Part shown: one piece after another, positions 11,491 to 26,047 of the stretch
How the letters are laid out: each line of letters starts with the position of its first letter
Position numbering within the stretch: position 1 is the stretch's first letter
NCBI GenBank assembly: GCA_951406725.2
Contig: OX597821.1
Location: 38,812,001 to 38,876,000, forward strand
Reading direction: 5' to 3'
Source: Octopus vulgaris
Lineage: Eukaryota
Length of the DNA: 64,000 bases
Program-made: the position numbers and the translations under genes
Notes under the pieces: generated by a model
Database searches by the model: none
The model's input: only the letters and a program-made list of their open reading frames with translations
Told to the model about the DNA's origin: nothing

Positions 11491-13254
11491 AACAAGCTGA
11501 TACTATCAATATGTTTGTTGTCTTCTTGTTACAATCATTATCCTCACCATCGTCAGAATTATTTTTAGTCATCTGCGAAAGCATTATCTTTCCTTCTTAA
11601 TCTTACTGATTTAACCCAGCATTTCTCACCTTTTTCGTACTCATAAAAACGTGTACTTCAGTACAGCTATTATCTATCAGTTGTTACCCTTTGATCACTT
11701 ACACTTCTAAATAAGTGATCACACGCTTGCACTTGGTGCCTCTTGGATCCGTATCTACTGACTTCAATTTGTTCATTGAGCTCTTCCTTTTGTATGTATT
11801 TTTGATCATATCTGTTCATTAGTAATTTCTGTGACTGAGTCGTATTTTATTGTACAGCAGTTATCAAATTGTGTTTACTTCTGAAGGTCATGTTTATCAA
11901 AGAGAACATAATTGATATTTCAAGTGTTCTTAATAATCATCACTCAAAACGTTTTAACACATTTCAAGGACCAAATTCTTTGGTTATTCTGTCCACCTAT
12001 CACAAATTCCAGAAACTTTCTTTTTCTTTTTGCCTTTATTGATTATATTTTAATTGTTCAGGTCTTAAGGCTTTTATTTGTTGTGCTGTAGATTCAGAAA
12101 TGTGTCATAAATTTCTAATCAAGACAGACTAATTACTGAAGAAATATATTTTGGAAAACAGGACCAAAATACATAATTAGGGGAAATGAATTGAAAAGCA
12201 ACAGCACAAAATAATGGGTTTGCATGAAAAAAGACTAAGAATAGAATAAACTGTCTCAACATTTTGTCGTTATGTTACCTGTAGAGAAGAAGAAAAAAAA
12301 TCATTTCATATTAAAAATTAATAGTTGTCACAATTTTGCCTAAACCTTCTTTTACTGAAGTCCCTAATGAAGATGAAGAAAAGGGAATACACTTCTATCA
12401 CTTATAATGTGTCTTTGTGGATTATAAATGTAAAATTATTCATCTGTATCATTAAAAACATTTCTGTTCTAATTATATTCTTTCAGCTTCCATGAATAAT
12501 TATATGAAATTAAAGGCAATATCTTTGCTTGAAGGAGCAAACAATTGAATGAAATGTTATTGTCAGATATAAAATCATCTTCTCAGAGAATCAACGATAG
12601 AAAATATCATCCACAGATTAAATTTTCTTTCATATCTTTTATTCTTATGTTATGAGGTAAAAATTTTGACATGTTTTAATAAAATCTGAAATTTATTATT
12701 CTAAATCCCAACCAACTGATTATTTTTTAAAAAATATCTTGTAATTAATCTTAAATTTCTTCAGTTCTTAAGCTGACTATTAATCTGCTTTGTTGATTGT
12801 AAGATGGCACAATTTAAAGAACTTAATTCACAAATACAAAATCTTCCCAGGTTACGGCCACCACTGTGAGAATCTCAAAAGTATTTATTTGGCATCTTTC
12901 TTATTTTGAATTATTTTCTTTCACTTCGTGAATAATGGAAATATTTTAATATTAAGAACAATCTAACACTATATGTTTTTGTGTATGCATATCATCATCA
13001 TCATCATGTGAGTATGCGTTGGACGGCTTAACAGGAGCTGGTAAGGCTAGAGTGGGGTGGGACACACCACGCTCCACTGTCTGTTCTGGCATGATTTGTA
13101 TGGCTGGATGCTTCTCCTAACACCAATTACTTTACAGAGTGTACTGAGTGGTTTACATGTAGCACCAGAACCAGTGCTTTTAATGTGGCACCAACACCAC
13201 TATCAATCTCTTGCACACTGCATCTAATTCCTTTTATGCTTAACTTTTCTCTTG

Positions 13255-13635
13255 ATACATCCTGCCTCCACTCGTGGTCTAGGGATGCTAACTAGAATGC
13301 TCTTAATATTAGGGACACAGCTAAAAGAAACCCTGAGGCATGTGTACCTATGCGAATGTGTGAAATGTTTATCTATTAACTTAAGGAATATCCTACCTAT
13401 AGCCGTTTCTAAGTTAAGAGAGAACTGGTGGTGGTGGTGGTGGTCGTCGTCGTCGTCGTCGTAGTGGGGGGACAAGCCATATGATATTTCTGCGACGCTT
13501 CCTTCTATGGATGTTGGAACCCGGCATATAAGAGATGCAGTCCCTAAATGTGCTAGCAGCTAAGGCCTCATTATAGTAGGGAGCTGTTGAATCAAAGATC
13601 TCCATGGAACTGAAAATTACTATTGAGACTAAGCT
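13255..13635 (-). mobile_element. Penelope-like element fragment, inverted copy (RT thumb/linker)
   Basis: EIFDSTAPYYNEALAAS...RKRRRNIIWL.PP...IGRIFLKLIDKHF...LRVSFSCVPNI; inverted homolog of 13785-14150. Confidence 0.8.
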
Positions 13636-13689
13636 CGTCACTGTGGATGTCTTAGACTTGCCACTCGTCTTAGGCTCTGGTACATACAG

Positions 13690-14518
13690 GCCCTACCCTA
13701 ACCAAATGAGAGGTTAGCATACATCAACACAGCCTCCTGTCACCCACTCATTGTGTTCAAAAACCTGGTGAAGGGTGTTAGCAAGAGGATCGTGAACCTT
13801 TCCTCCAACCAAGAGATTTTTGATGCAGCAGCCCCCTACTATAATGAGGCCTTAGCTGCTAGTGGATTTAGGGACCGCATCTCCTATGTGCTGGGCCCCA
13901 AAATCCATAAAAGGAAGTGTCACAGAAATATCATTTGGTTAGCCCCCACCACCACCACCACCACCATCACTTCTCTCTTAACATAGAAGTGTCTGAATGT
14001 AAGATATTCCTTAAGTTGATAAACATTTCACACATTCACATAGGCATGCAAGCATTTTCAGCAAGCACAACCTTAGGGTCTCTTTTAGCTGTGTCCCCAA
14101 TATTGAGAGTATTCTAGTTAGCACCCCTAGACCACAAGTGGAGGCAGGATGCTCAAGCAGGGACCACAACAGATGCCCAGTGAGAGGCCACTGTGAAACC
14201 AAGAGAGTCGTCTATGAAGCTAAGGTGCTGGCCGGCCCTAATAGCTCTAGAATGGAGGTCTCTGGACCATGCTTGCATTTTAGGAAACTCCTGATGGTGT
14301 ATTGGAACCCACAAGATAACAGGGTCACTTGCAATTGGTAACCGAAGGGAGACAATCCTCAGTGGTTGATATTGAGTTGTGATGTCCTTTCTTCATCCAT
14401 ATTTTAGAGAAGCCTTAAGCCAACAGGTTTTAGAATCTGATGATATACCATAAAGCTTAGCTCTTTATGGACATGAAATCCAGGGTAATCCCATAAACTG
14501 ACCTTATCTAGCAGTATT

Positions 14519-14520
<2 letters not shown>
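13690..14520 (+). mobile_element. Penelope-like retroelement relic (Naiad-like linker with C-x-C-x5-C-x4-C, start of GIY-YIG region, 3' pLTR with hammerhead)
   Basis: PNERLAYINTASCHP..VFKNLVKGVSKRIVNLSSNQEIFDAAAPYYNEAL; RNIIW; CSSRDHNRCPVRGHCETKRVVYEAKV; HHR at 14433-14491; ends in (TA)n. Confidence 0.8.
14433..14491 (+). ncRNA. Type I hammerhead ribozyme, canonical core
   Basis: gaat-CUGAUGA-t-ataccataaag/ctttatggacat-GAAA-tcc a ggGUA-atcc. Confidence 0.7.
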
Positions 14521-14578
<58 letters not shown>

Positions 14579-16339
14579 ATGTGTGTTTTTACAATAAAGT
14601 GTTTCCATTGTCGTTCAGGATTTATTCAAAAACAAGAACAACACCCATCTTTTGTCTTTATATACTGATTACCCAAGAAGAAATGCAAGAATTAAAATTA
14701 TCTAATCCTGATTCATTGTTCATTTTAATTAAATTTCTTACAATAATTCCATAGAAATAATTCTAGTATATCATTCTTGTTTCCAGTGTAGTTTTCCTAT
14801 TAACAGAAAGCCATAATTATGCAGAAAAAAAAAATAGAAGAAAAGTACTGATAACAGATTTAATGAACACTCTGTCAATATCTATTAGAATGGTGTGGTC
14901 ATTTTTGGATTTCAAAGTAAAATTAAAAACTTTATCTTTTCTGATTCAAAATAGTAATATTTGAAGTTAAATAATTTATTTTTCGCATCTAACTTAAATC
15001 TCCTCTCACTCGTTATGCTTCTTGTTTATCACCATCATTGCCATCTTCATCATCGTCATTATCAACATTATCAAAATATAGGAATATGTTTCATTTAAAT
15101 GTTTTCCCACTCCTTTGATGTCTGTAGCGTATCAATAAATATTTTAAAATATCAATTTATATAGAACACGACTGGAATTTTGAAATCAGTATTAAATCTG
15201 TTTAATTTCCTTCTTAAGTCTCTTTTTTTTTTGTCATTTTTGTTTCCTAGAAATGACAGTTCTGATTTTCCAGATAAGTTTAATATCTGAAGTTGTATAA
15301 ATGTTTAATGAAATCTCCCTATGCAGCAGTTTGAACAATTAAAGTATCACAACATTTATTTACATAAGGCTTATTCTGCTATGTCTACTTAGCAGTAAAA
15401 ATGTGCACTGATAGCATTTTCATGCTAAAATAGTTTAAAACAGGCAAGCTCTATCTCTGCTAAAATTTATTCAACCTGTACTGAGGAAAATATCAAAATT
15501 TAAAAAGAAAATATGAATACATTTTTACGAAAAAAAAAAAGTAAATGGCATAGAATTCTTCGTTATTCCTGGAGTGTGCTTCCTATTTGTTTTGATTTGA
15601 ATATCTCTCTCCATATCTTCAATAATACAGACACAACTTAAAATAAGCGACACTAATCTAGAACTTCGTTTCCTTTGTGCCTGAATTGATTAGCGAATTA
15701 AGTTTGGTATCTGTTGTTGCAATTTAAGGTTCAAAGTGATCAATCTTAAACCAGATTCTTCTAAGTTGTCAAAATTCATATTATAAACTTGGTCTTGTAA
15801 TTAGGAGTAAATGCTTTGATTTCCTATCTATGGTCTCCTCACTTCCACTCATTTGTTTGGTGCTTTAAATCTTTCAGTTTTATTACATAAGCCTGATGAA
15901 TCAGTGCAAATTAGGGCCCAATGATAACAACAGTTGAGTGGTGGCTACATCCCTTTCATCAACCTGAGAGGGCTTTGTGAAGGTTATGAACACTTCCTCC
16001 TTTGACCTATTTCAAAAGAATTATTGTCAAAAAGACATGTAAGATAGTGTAGGCATGTGGTACATTTGTACAATGAGCACTGAGTTAAGATGTACCATGT
16101 GTTATAAGTGAAGGGTATCAATGGAAGAGAAAGACTGAGGAAATGAAGAGATGAGATCAAATCCAAATATTTGAGCCCTTACAGAAGATATTATGAAAGA
16201 GTGAATTAACTGGAAATATGTCTTTAGGGTGGCTGTATGTAACACAGGTTAAAAGAGACAAAAGAAATAGTCATGAGAAACTGATAATGATGAGGTGTAG
16301 TAATTCTGATGTTCAAATTTTAAATTACTGATCAGACAT

Positions 16340-16510
16340 GGTTCTATGATTAAGCAACAAATGCTTGGCCTCATCCACCCTGAAAATCTCTCCTGGCAAA
16401 CATTGTCATCAGACGTCCTCCTCTTCAGACCCATAAAACACTTCTTTCTCAACAGTCATTAAAACCTAATAAATCTCTGGTTAGATTCACTGTAGAATGC
16501 TGCCAATACT
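16340..16510 (+). mobile_element. CR1/L2-like LINE RT C-terminal relic
   Basis: KQQMLGLIH...KSLVRFTVECC resembles KAN.MLGLI...YKSLVRP.LEYC; very decayed. Confidence 0.35.
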
Positions 16511-17312
16511 GCTAAACATGTATACATCTCCAACCATATTAAAAAAATGGCCACTCAGGCGGGTGGCATGAAGTCACTAGTAACATACTGACCTACACTA
16601 TGACTTACAGACATGCATCCTCCTCCCATCTGATTTTTTTATTGCTATTATGTTGGCCAATTCTTCATTCGCTCATCTCTCTCTCTTCATCTCATTCCTC
16701 AAATCCTGTTTAGCACCTCCCTGACTCCCAGCTTTATGACAGCCTCTACATTCAGTCCAGTACTTCTTAAGATGGAGCAATCATTAATTTCATTTAACGT
16801 CTGTTTTCTATGTCAGCATTGGTGGGATCGGTTGACAACCTCCAATGAGCTGCAGGGCTGTGGCGAGCTTGTGTGTAAGCTTCAGCATGGTTTCTCTGGC
16901 TAGCTTTTTCATGTCATCAGGGTTAGAGAGGTTGCTGAGTAACTTGCAAGGCAGAAAAAGAACAGGGAGAGAGGAAAAGGAGAAAGCTCCTACTACTAAG
17001 GGTGGGGAAGATAGTATTTGTAGGGGGAGGTGGCAAGTATTGAAAGGATAAATTATGATGCAGTGGCAAGTATAGTTGTCTTAACTATAAAAGTGGGTAC
17101 ATGGCTGGGGTGAGTGGGAGTAGTTGGGAAAGAGATAAAGATGGTCGCATTAGTGACGGAATAAACTTTCAAGAAACAAGAAGGAAAATGGAACAAATAA
17201 ATAACAAATGAATAAATAAAACTCAACTACTTTTCCTGCTCATATTTCCCCACTTTTCCTGCTTAATATTCCTCTGCTGTAGGCATCAACTTATAATTAT
17301 TCAAAGGAAACA

Positions 17313-17536
17313 TTAATCCCTTTGATACCAACCTGCTTGAGACTGCCACAGGTTCCACAATGCAAACTTCCTGTTTTAAAGGATCCAACTTAAAAGTCAC
17401 ATCAAAATTTCCTGTCAATTTACTTTCCAAACACCAACTTAATAATGGCATTGTTTTAGAAAATTCTTCATTATTTTCCAAAATAACCAACACAAAGACA
17501 ATATATTTCAACAGAAATATGACAACAAAAGGCTAA
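17313..17536 (-). mobile_element. piggyBac-type MITE (degenerate)
   Basis: ttaatccctttgatacc...acaaaaggctaa; reverse-complement homolog of 29757-29978. Confidence 0.65.
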
Positions 17537-17709
17537 TCATGTTGATCTCACCTGTTCCTAGGCACAACCCTTGACTTTTCAGTAAACCAGTTAAAACGAT
17601 TTTTAAAAAAACAACCTTCAGATATATTGTCTTCTATCTAATTTGTCTGCAAATGGTTTCTATTCCACTGCATCATTTTCATTTACAATTACTGGATGCA
17701 TGCACCACT

Positions 17710-18060
17710 CATCATCATCATCATCGAATAACGTCCGTTTTCCATGCTAGCATGGGTTGGACGGTTCAACCGGGGTCTGGGAAGCCAGGAGGCTGCACCA
17801 GGCTCCAGTCTGATCTGGCAGTGTTTCTACAGCTGGATGCCCTTCCTAATCCCAACCACTCCGTGAGTGTAGTGGGTGCTTTTTACATGCCACCAGCACA
17901 GGGGCCAGATGAGGCTGGCAAACGGCCATGATCGGTTGGTGTTTTTATGTGTCACCAACATAGATGCCAGTCAGGCGGCGCTGGCAACTGCCACGTTCGG
18001 ATGGTGCTTTTAACGTGTCACTGGCATGGGTATCTTAACTACAATTTCCATTTGATTTTC
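17710..18060 (-). mobile_element. SINE with RTE-like 3' tail ((GAT)n end)
   Basis: catcatcg..aacgtccgttttccatgctagcatgggttggacgg...ctggatgcccttcctaa. The same family occurs at ~13000, 19790, 21300, 27940, 35963, 36715, 41820, 46675, 50146, 56645, 57725 and 61030. Confidence 0.8.
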
Positions 18061-19004
18061 ATATAATTCTTCTTCTTAGAAGGGACACTGCCTAGAATTT
18101 CTGTCTCAGTGTTCATCTACAGGAATGCAAATAAATTATAAATGGACAATTTGCTTATATTCCTGCAGGTGAATAGACCATATCAAGGTGTCATTCTCCT
18201 CAAGCCTTCAATAGCCTTAAAAGATTCAAATCTTCAAGAGAACTAAACAAAAGCAAGAACAGAATTGGGCCACAGTCACACCTCAGCAGGAATTTACCAT
18301 TTACTGTGGAATGCTAGCACTGACTTAAAAGTATTAAATTTATTGTAAAAGATGAGAATAAGGAAATATAGTGACACACTTTAACTTGCTTGAGTTTGGT
18401 AAAGTTTTGGAAGTCAAAAGATACAATTTGCAAATAGTTTTATTTCAAAATCAATAGCTTAGTGTTATCTCTATATTATTATTGTTTGGTGAATCAACAA
18501 AGAGTTCTGAAATCTAGGTGAGAGTATTCAGATGTGTTTCAGACAAACACTTGTCAAAATATATATCTCTATTTATCAACTGCAACTTATCATGAAATAA
18601 TGTAAACAGTTAAAATAAATATAAAAGAAACAGAATTAGTTTGGTTTTTTTTTTTAAAAAAAAAAGGAAATAATAAAAGTGAAAGAAAACACAAAATGTA
18701 AAATGCATGAAAATATTCCATGTAATAAATAAAAAAAATAAATGAAACGAAGGAAAAGAGAGAGAGAGAGAAAGAGAGAAAAAGAGGGAGAGAGGGAGAG
18801 AGAGAGAAAGAGAGGGAGAGAGAGAAAGAGAGGGAGAGAGTGAGAGAGAGAGAGAGAGAGAGAGATGATTTTCATTCTAGTCACCAGCAGTTTCTATTTC
18901 GTTATTATTCAGTAAGAAACAGATGTAAATAGAACTCTAAGAAATATGAGGAAGATAAAGTATGCAGGATACACACACACACACACATGCACAGATACAC
19001 ATCT

Positions 19005-19041
<37 letters not shown>

Positions 19042-19547
19042 GGGGGGGAGAGAGAAAGAAAGAAGATGCAAAAAGAAACTTTGCCCTAAGCTTTGTGTTG
19101 GTGCATCAAATCTGTTGCTGTTCTTCGACAGCAAAAATAACCAAAAATAACAGATAACAATATTACAATTTCCAAACTTCAAATTTGTATTATGTATATA
19201 TATATATATATATATCTATGTATTTTTTTTTTTTCAGAAATCTTTTATCTTGTATAAAAATCAGACAGAGGTAGCTATCAAATTATATGCTTTTCAACAA
19301 ATCACTTAGATTTGATGCAAGTTTCAATCATTTTGATGAGATCATTCAGTAAAATGTCTACCTGTTGATATACGGACTAATAATAGATTGTATATACATG
19401 TGTATGTGTGTATGTGTGTGTGTGTGTGTGTGTGTGTAAATGCGTATGTATGTATTTATATCTATACTTATACATATATGTATGGACATGCATGTATACA
19501 TATATATGTATATGCATGTATATATCTATATCCATGAATGCATATAC

Positions 19548-19598
<51 letters not shown>

Positions 19599-19789
19599 TG
19601 TGCATATGTGTATGTAATTATGTATATATACACTCATGGATATATATATAGCTGTGTGTATATATATATATATATGTATATGTATATATAATATCTTACG
19701 TATGTCTATTTATACAAAAATGCATATATTATGTATATATATATTTCTAATGTCTCCGTCAGTCAGTATATATATATATTTATCCCTGT

Positions 19790-19975
19790 GCTGATGGCAT
19801 GTAAAAAGCACCCACTACACACTCAGAGACGTTGTCATTAGGAAGGGGCATCCAGCTGTAGAAACTCTGCCAAATCAGATTGGAGCCTGGTGCAGCCAGT
19901 GGCTCTCCAGACCTCAGTCAAACCATCCAACCCATGCCAACATGGAAAGCAGACGTTGAATGATGATGATGATGA
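19790..19975 (+). mobile_element. RTE-tailed SINE 3' part
   Basis: ggcatccagctgtagaaactctgcc...ccaacccatgccaacatggaaagcagacgttg-(gat)n. Confidence 0.8.
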
Positions 19976-20170
19976 TATATCTCCTTTCATTAAAGCTACA
20001 AAATTATCACAAGCTTGTTACTCAGCATGTTACTCTACCTTTGGTATTTAAGTACTATTTTTTCCACATTGTTTTGCACTTATCTATTCACCTGTGTATG
20101 TGTGTATATTTATATATTCATATATATTATAGATACATACAAACATTCATTCATACTTACATACATACAT

Positions 20171-20216
<46 letters not shown>

Positions 20217-20277
20217 ATACACATACATACACATACATGCATACATACATACATACATACATACATACATACATACA

Positions 20278-20309
<32 letters not shown>

Positions 20310-20358
20310 GATACATGTGTAAGGTGTACAGATATTTGTAATAGAAAGACAGACTCAC

Positions 20359-20428
20359 AGAAAAATAAAAATCCTCCATAAAAATAACAATCTTGTGCCA
20401 ATTGGTGATTCTCAGACTGTTTTGTGGC
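20359..20428 (-). CDS. Candidate 70-nt exon (P)PQNSLRITNWHKIVIFMEDFYFS
   Basis: ttttgttttgtttttcattctcaag| acceptor, |gtgagt donor, open in two frames. Confidence 0.4.
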
Positions 20429-21026
20429 CTTGAGAATGAAAAACAAAACAAAAATCAAATTAATTATGTCAGACATCATAGAGAAATATTGTTTACATAT
20501 ATAGAATTAATTATTCAGCTAATTTATTTGCTATATAGCATGTTAAGTAATTTGTCACTTACTTATTGCAAAGCTTAAACAATTACAGGAAGTACTATGA
20601 TTTCATTCATTCATTCATTCATTCATTCATTCATTCATTCATTCGACAGCTTTTTCATGCTGACATGGCTTAACTAGGAGGAAATTTAGAGGCACTAACC
20701 CTTACCTGTTTTTCGAAGTAAAGGATTTTTACTCCAGAAGAGTTTGTAAGCATAGAGCTGGTAAGTGGTTTGTTAATAGGAAACATCAACAAACTTCACA
20801 AGTTGCAGCCTCACCATGAACAGTGATGGCACTGTAGGTGAGTCGCAAAGAGACAGGACTATCCATACTTATAGCTTAGTGTAGTTTCATTATTATTCTT
20901 ACAAAGATGCATACATTCACACACATATGTCCAAACACACACACACATTGATATGTATACATATAAGTGTGTTTATACACACACACACATATACACATAC
21001 CTATATATATATATATATATATATAA

Positions 21027-21249
21027 GGCGAGCTGGCAGAAACGTTAGCGCGCCAGGTGAAATGCTTAGCGGTACTTCGTCAGACGTTACGTTCTGAGTT
21101 CAAATTCCGCTGAGGTAGACTTTTCCTTTCATCCTTTCGGGGTCGATAAATAAAGTACCAGTTTCGCAATGGGGTCGATGTAATCGACTTAATCCCTTTG
21201 TCTGTCCTTGTTTGACCCCTCTATGTTTAGCCCCTTGTGGGTAGTAAAG

Positions 21250-21254
<5 letters not shown>
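21027..21254 (+). mobile_element. Meta-domain tRNA-SINE, near full length, inside (TA)n
   Basis: ggcgagctggcagaa head, gttcaaattcc B box, cctttcatcctttcggggtcgataaa central domain. Confidence 0.85.
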
Positions 21255-21303
<49 letters not shown>

Positions 21304-21606
21304 TCATCATCATCATTTAGCGTCCGTTTTCCATGCTAGCATGGGTTGGACAGTTTAACTGGGGTCTGTGAAGCCGGAAGGCTTCATCAGGCCCAGTCAG
21401 ATTTGGCAGGGCCTGATTAGGCCTGATATATATATATATATATAAATTAGTAATGCAATACTAGAGTATTGCTTTCCAGTAAAGAATAGCCCGTGAGGGA
21501 AAATTATACAAAGAAGTAAATATATGGCACAACGAAGTACCAATATTATTACGTTCGCTATTTCCAGTAAATATCGGTACTTCATTGTGCCATATATTTA
21601 CTTCTT

Positions 21607-21642
<36 letters not shown>

Positions 21643-21779
21643 AGTAAGTTACAAGTGCATTTTTAGGTTTCTGCCAACCAACAAATTCAATGATTTTACC
21701 AAGATCCAGTGTACAGGAAGTACCTGTGCAGATGAATAATTTTTGGTGGGCGTAGCTTGTATTGCACTAACCCCACCTA

Positions 21780-21990
21780 TTGGCCCAAGAACACTTTCAC
21801 CGGTGTGACATGAAAATTGACAAAACCAGGAACTTCCAAGACCTCAGGTTTTATTTCGGAGATTTCCATCTCCTAGGTAGATTACCAACCAAGGTTAAAG
21901 AGCTGCCCATGAGGTAGGCTATCCCATTCCAGACACCACTCAGGCACTCTATAAAGTGATTAAATGTCAGTCTGGCGTCCAACGTTGAGT
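21780..21990 (-). mobile_element. RTE-like LINE 5' UTR fragment
   Basis: Minus strand aaccttggttggtaatctacctaggagatggaaatctccgaaataaaacc resembles the conserved RTE 5' UTR motif. Confidence 0.4.
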
Positions 21991-22122
21991 AGCTCATTCA
22001 TACATTAAATAAAAGAGGAAAGTACAATATGTGATTTGCAAATGTAAATAAGAATTATATATAAATAATATATATAAATAAAAGATTTAAATATACATAA
22101 TATAAATATAATTAATATTATA

Positions 22123-22176
<54 letters not shown>

Positions 22177-22417
22177 TTTATTTAAAGCAGCAGAAAATTC
22201 AACAAAACTTGTTACTCTGAGTTTCATGTTCCCGTTCGTCGGACAGTTTTTGCTAGATAGCATATATCAAAAACTGTCCGACGAACAGGAACGTGAAACT
22301 CAGAGTAACAGGTTTTGTTGAATTTTCTGCTGCTTTAAATAAAACATATTACTCTACCACTGGTATTTGAGTACTCTTTTTTTCCGCCTTGTTTTACATT
22401 TATGTGTTTACTCCGGT
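22177..22417 (+). mobile_element. Asymmetric palindromic mini-element with U4C hammerhead, inside (TA)n
   Basis: Arms 22177-22252/22268-22343 plus tail. HHR ctgt-CCGACGA-ac(g)ggaacgt-GAAA-ctc a gaGUA-acag at 22274-22311. Confidence 0.75.
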
Positions 22418-22432
22418 ATATATATATATATA

Positions 22433-22464
<32 letters not shown>

Positions 22465-23036
22465 GTACATGCAATTATATATAAACTTTTATAATTTCAT
22501 TCATACTTTATAAACGGATATTTCATTGTTTTATCAACAATAAGTTTACCTTATTTATGTTTAACTTTCCTTTATCATCTCTGTTTACCTTATTTATTGT
22601 TTTAATTTTATTCACCTATTCTAATGTATCTGTAATCAACCTGTAAACCCCTCACCCAAGCATATAACAATACAATCCATAAACTGTAACACTCAGTCTG
22701 CGAAAATTAATTCATCAACACACATATAACATCCAAATGTGCGTCTTTTTTTTCCTCTGGTGATATTACGCTCATGTCGCAAAAATGTAAATTTAATGCT
22801 TATTGAGTATTAATTGAAATGCCTATGAGTGAAGATGACCAATTTGCTGTTAATTATAAACAATGATTAAATTCCTGATCTTCATTTTATTTTTCTTCTT
22901 TTAAATGGATATAAACCATATGTTTTATATATACTTATTATTTTAAGGAAATTCATACCCCCAAAATACTAGGTATACCAATACTTCCTTGGATGAAACC
23001 ATCCCTTCATGAGGTTAACACATGCTCTAAGTAAAT

Positions 23037-24400
<1,364 letters not shown>

Positions 24401-24405
24401 ATATA

Positions 24406-24407
<2 letters not shown>

Positions 24408-24492
<85 letters not shown>
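24408..24492. repeat. (GATA)n microsatellite
   Basis: Direct reading. Confidence 0.97.
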
Positions 24493-25695
24493 CACACACA
24501 CACATCTGTCTTTTTGTGTGCATTGTTGCCTGTATGTGTTTTGTCCAGTAACTTAGAAGTTTGACAGAGACTTTTAAAATTAGTACCAGGCAGTAATATG
24601 GTCTCCTAAAACTGTTAAAGATGCCCCAGCATGGCCATGGTACAATGACTAAAAATAGTAAAAGAATAAAATAATTGGGATAATGTAGTCCTGGGTGCAC
24701 TGTATCTGGGGAAAAAGACAGGAGGGTCTCCTTTGTAACGTCTTTATTCATAGATATGTTTGATTAGGGACCTGCAGCAGCGATGTGTTAATGCTAGAAA
24801 GAGAAGTCAAAATGAATTGAAAGAAAGTTGATATATGAGTGAAGTGTATTTTAGAGATATTGGAAGTAAAAGACAAAACAAACATTGATGGAATTTGAGT
24901 GTAGAGAGATGAAACAAAATACTGAACGGCATTTCGTCTTCTGTCATTTCTCTCCATTCCACCAGCTTCTAATCCAAACAGTAATATCTTGTAAAAGCTA
25001 CCGGTGAATATGTGATAACAATTCCATATCTTGTTTCAGAACAATCTACTAAAACGACAGAGATTAGAATTTAAAACTAAATCCTGATATTTGTTGCGGA
25101 TTTACTATCATCATCATCATCATCATATTCACAACAAAGAAGATCTCCATTGGTTTTTCCCTCCATCACATTCTGATATAACTTTTCCAATTACTTTTCT
25201 CATTTGCAACATTCAGAAACAAATCACAATCCTCAGTTTAGATGCTGATACAATTTCATTTTACAGTTTATCTACAATCACATTTTGCAGCTGATGCACA
25301 CTTCTATTTTTCAGTGGATGCACAATTTTACTAATCTGTTTGGCTGCAGTTTGTAGAATATTCCCAATAAGAGAATTGGGAATAAATTTCAATAAAGACC
25401 TTATACTTACTGAATGACTTTTTGGTTAACATTTATCCATTCATGGAGCTATTTCCATCAGGAAAATTTCATGCATATATGTGTGGTTATTGATACACAC
25501 ATGCACACACCCAGGTGTTAATGCAAGTACAGATGCATGCACAATATCGTATGCAAATGAGATGTAAGTGCTGAGTGAGAAATGTGGTATGTTGTAGCTG
25601 GAGGGTAACAGTAAAAGATAAGGGGATTGGTTATATGTTCAGATCTTGAGATACTGGAAGGTGATGTGTAATACAGGTGATTAGATGAACAGAGA

Positions 25696-26047
25696 TATGT
25701 GGAAACAAGGAGTCTATGTGAAAACAGGGAGCCTATGTGGAAAGAGGGAGCCTATGTGGAAACAGAGAGCATGTGTAGAAACAGAGAGCCTATGTGGAAA
25801 CAGGGAGCTTATGTGGAAACAGGGAGTCTATGAGGAAACAGGGAGCCTATGTGAAAACAGAGAGCCTATGTGGAAACAGAGAGCATGTGTAGAAACAGAG
25901 AGCCTATGTGGAAACAGGGAGCCTATGTGGAAACAGGGAGTCTATGAGGAAACAGGGAGCCTATGTGGAAACAGAGAGCCTATGTGGAAACAGGGAGCTT
26001 ATGTGGAAACAGGGAGCTTATGTGGAAACAGGGAACTTATGTGGAAA
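25696..26047. repeat. 19-bp minisatellite (tatgtggaaacagggagcc), ~18.5 copies
   Basis: Direct reading; variant pattern repeats with a 6-unit period. Confidence 0.95.
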
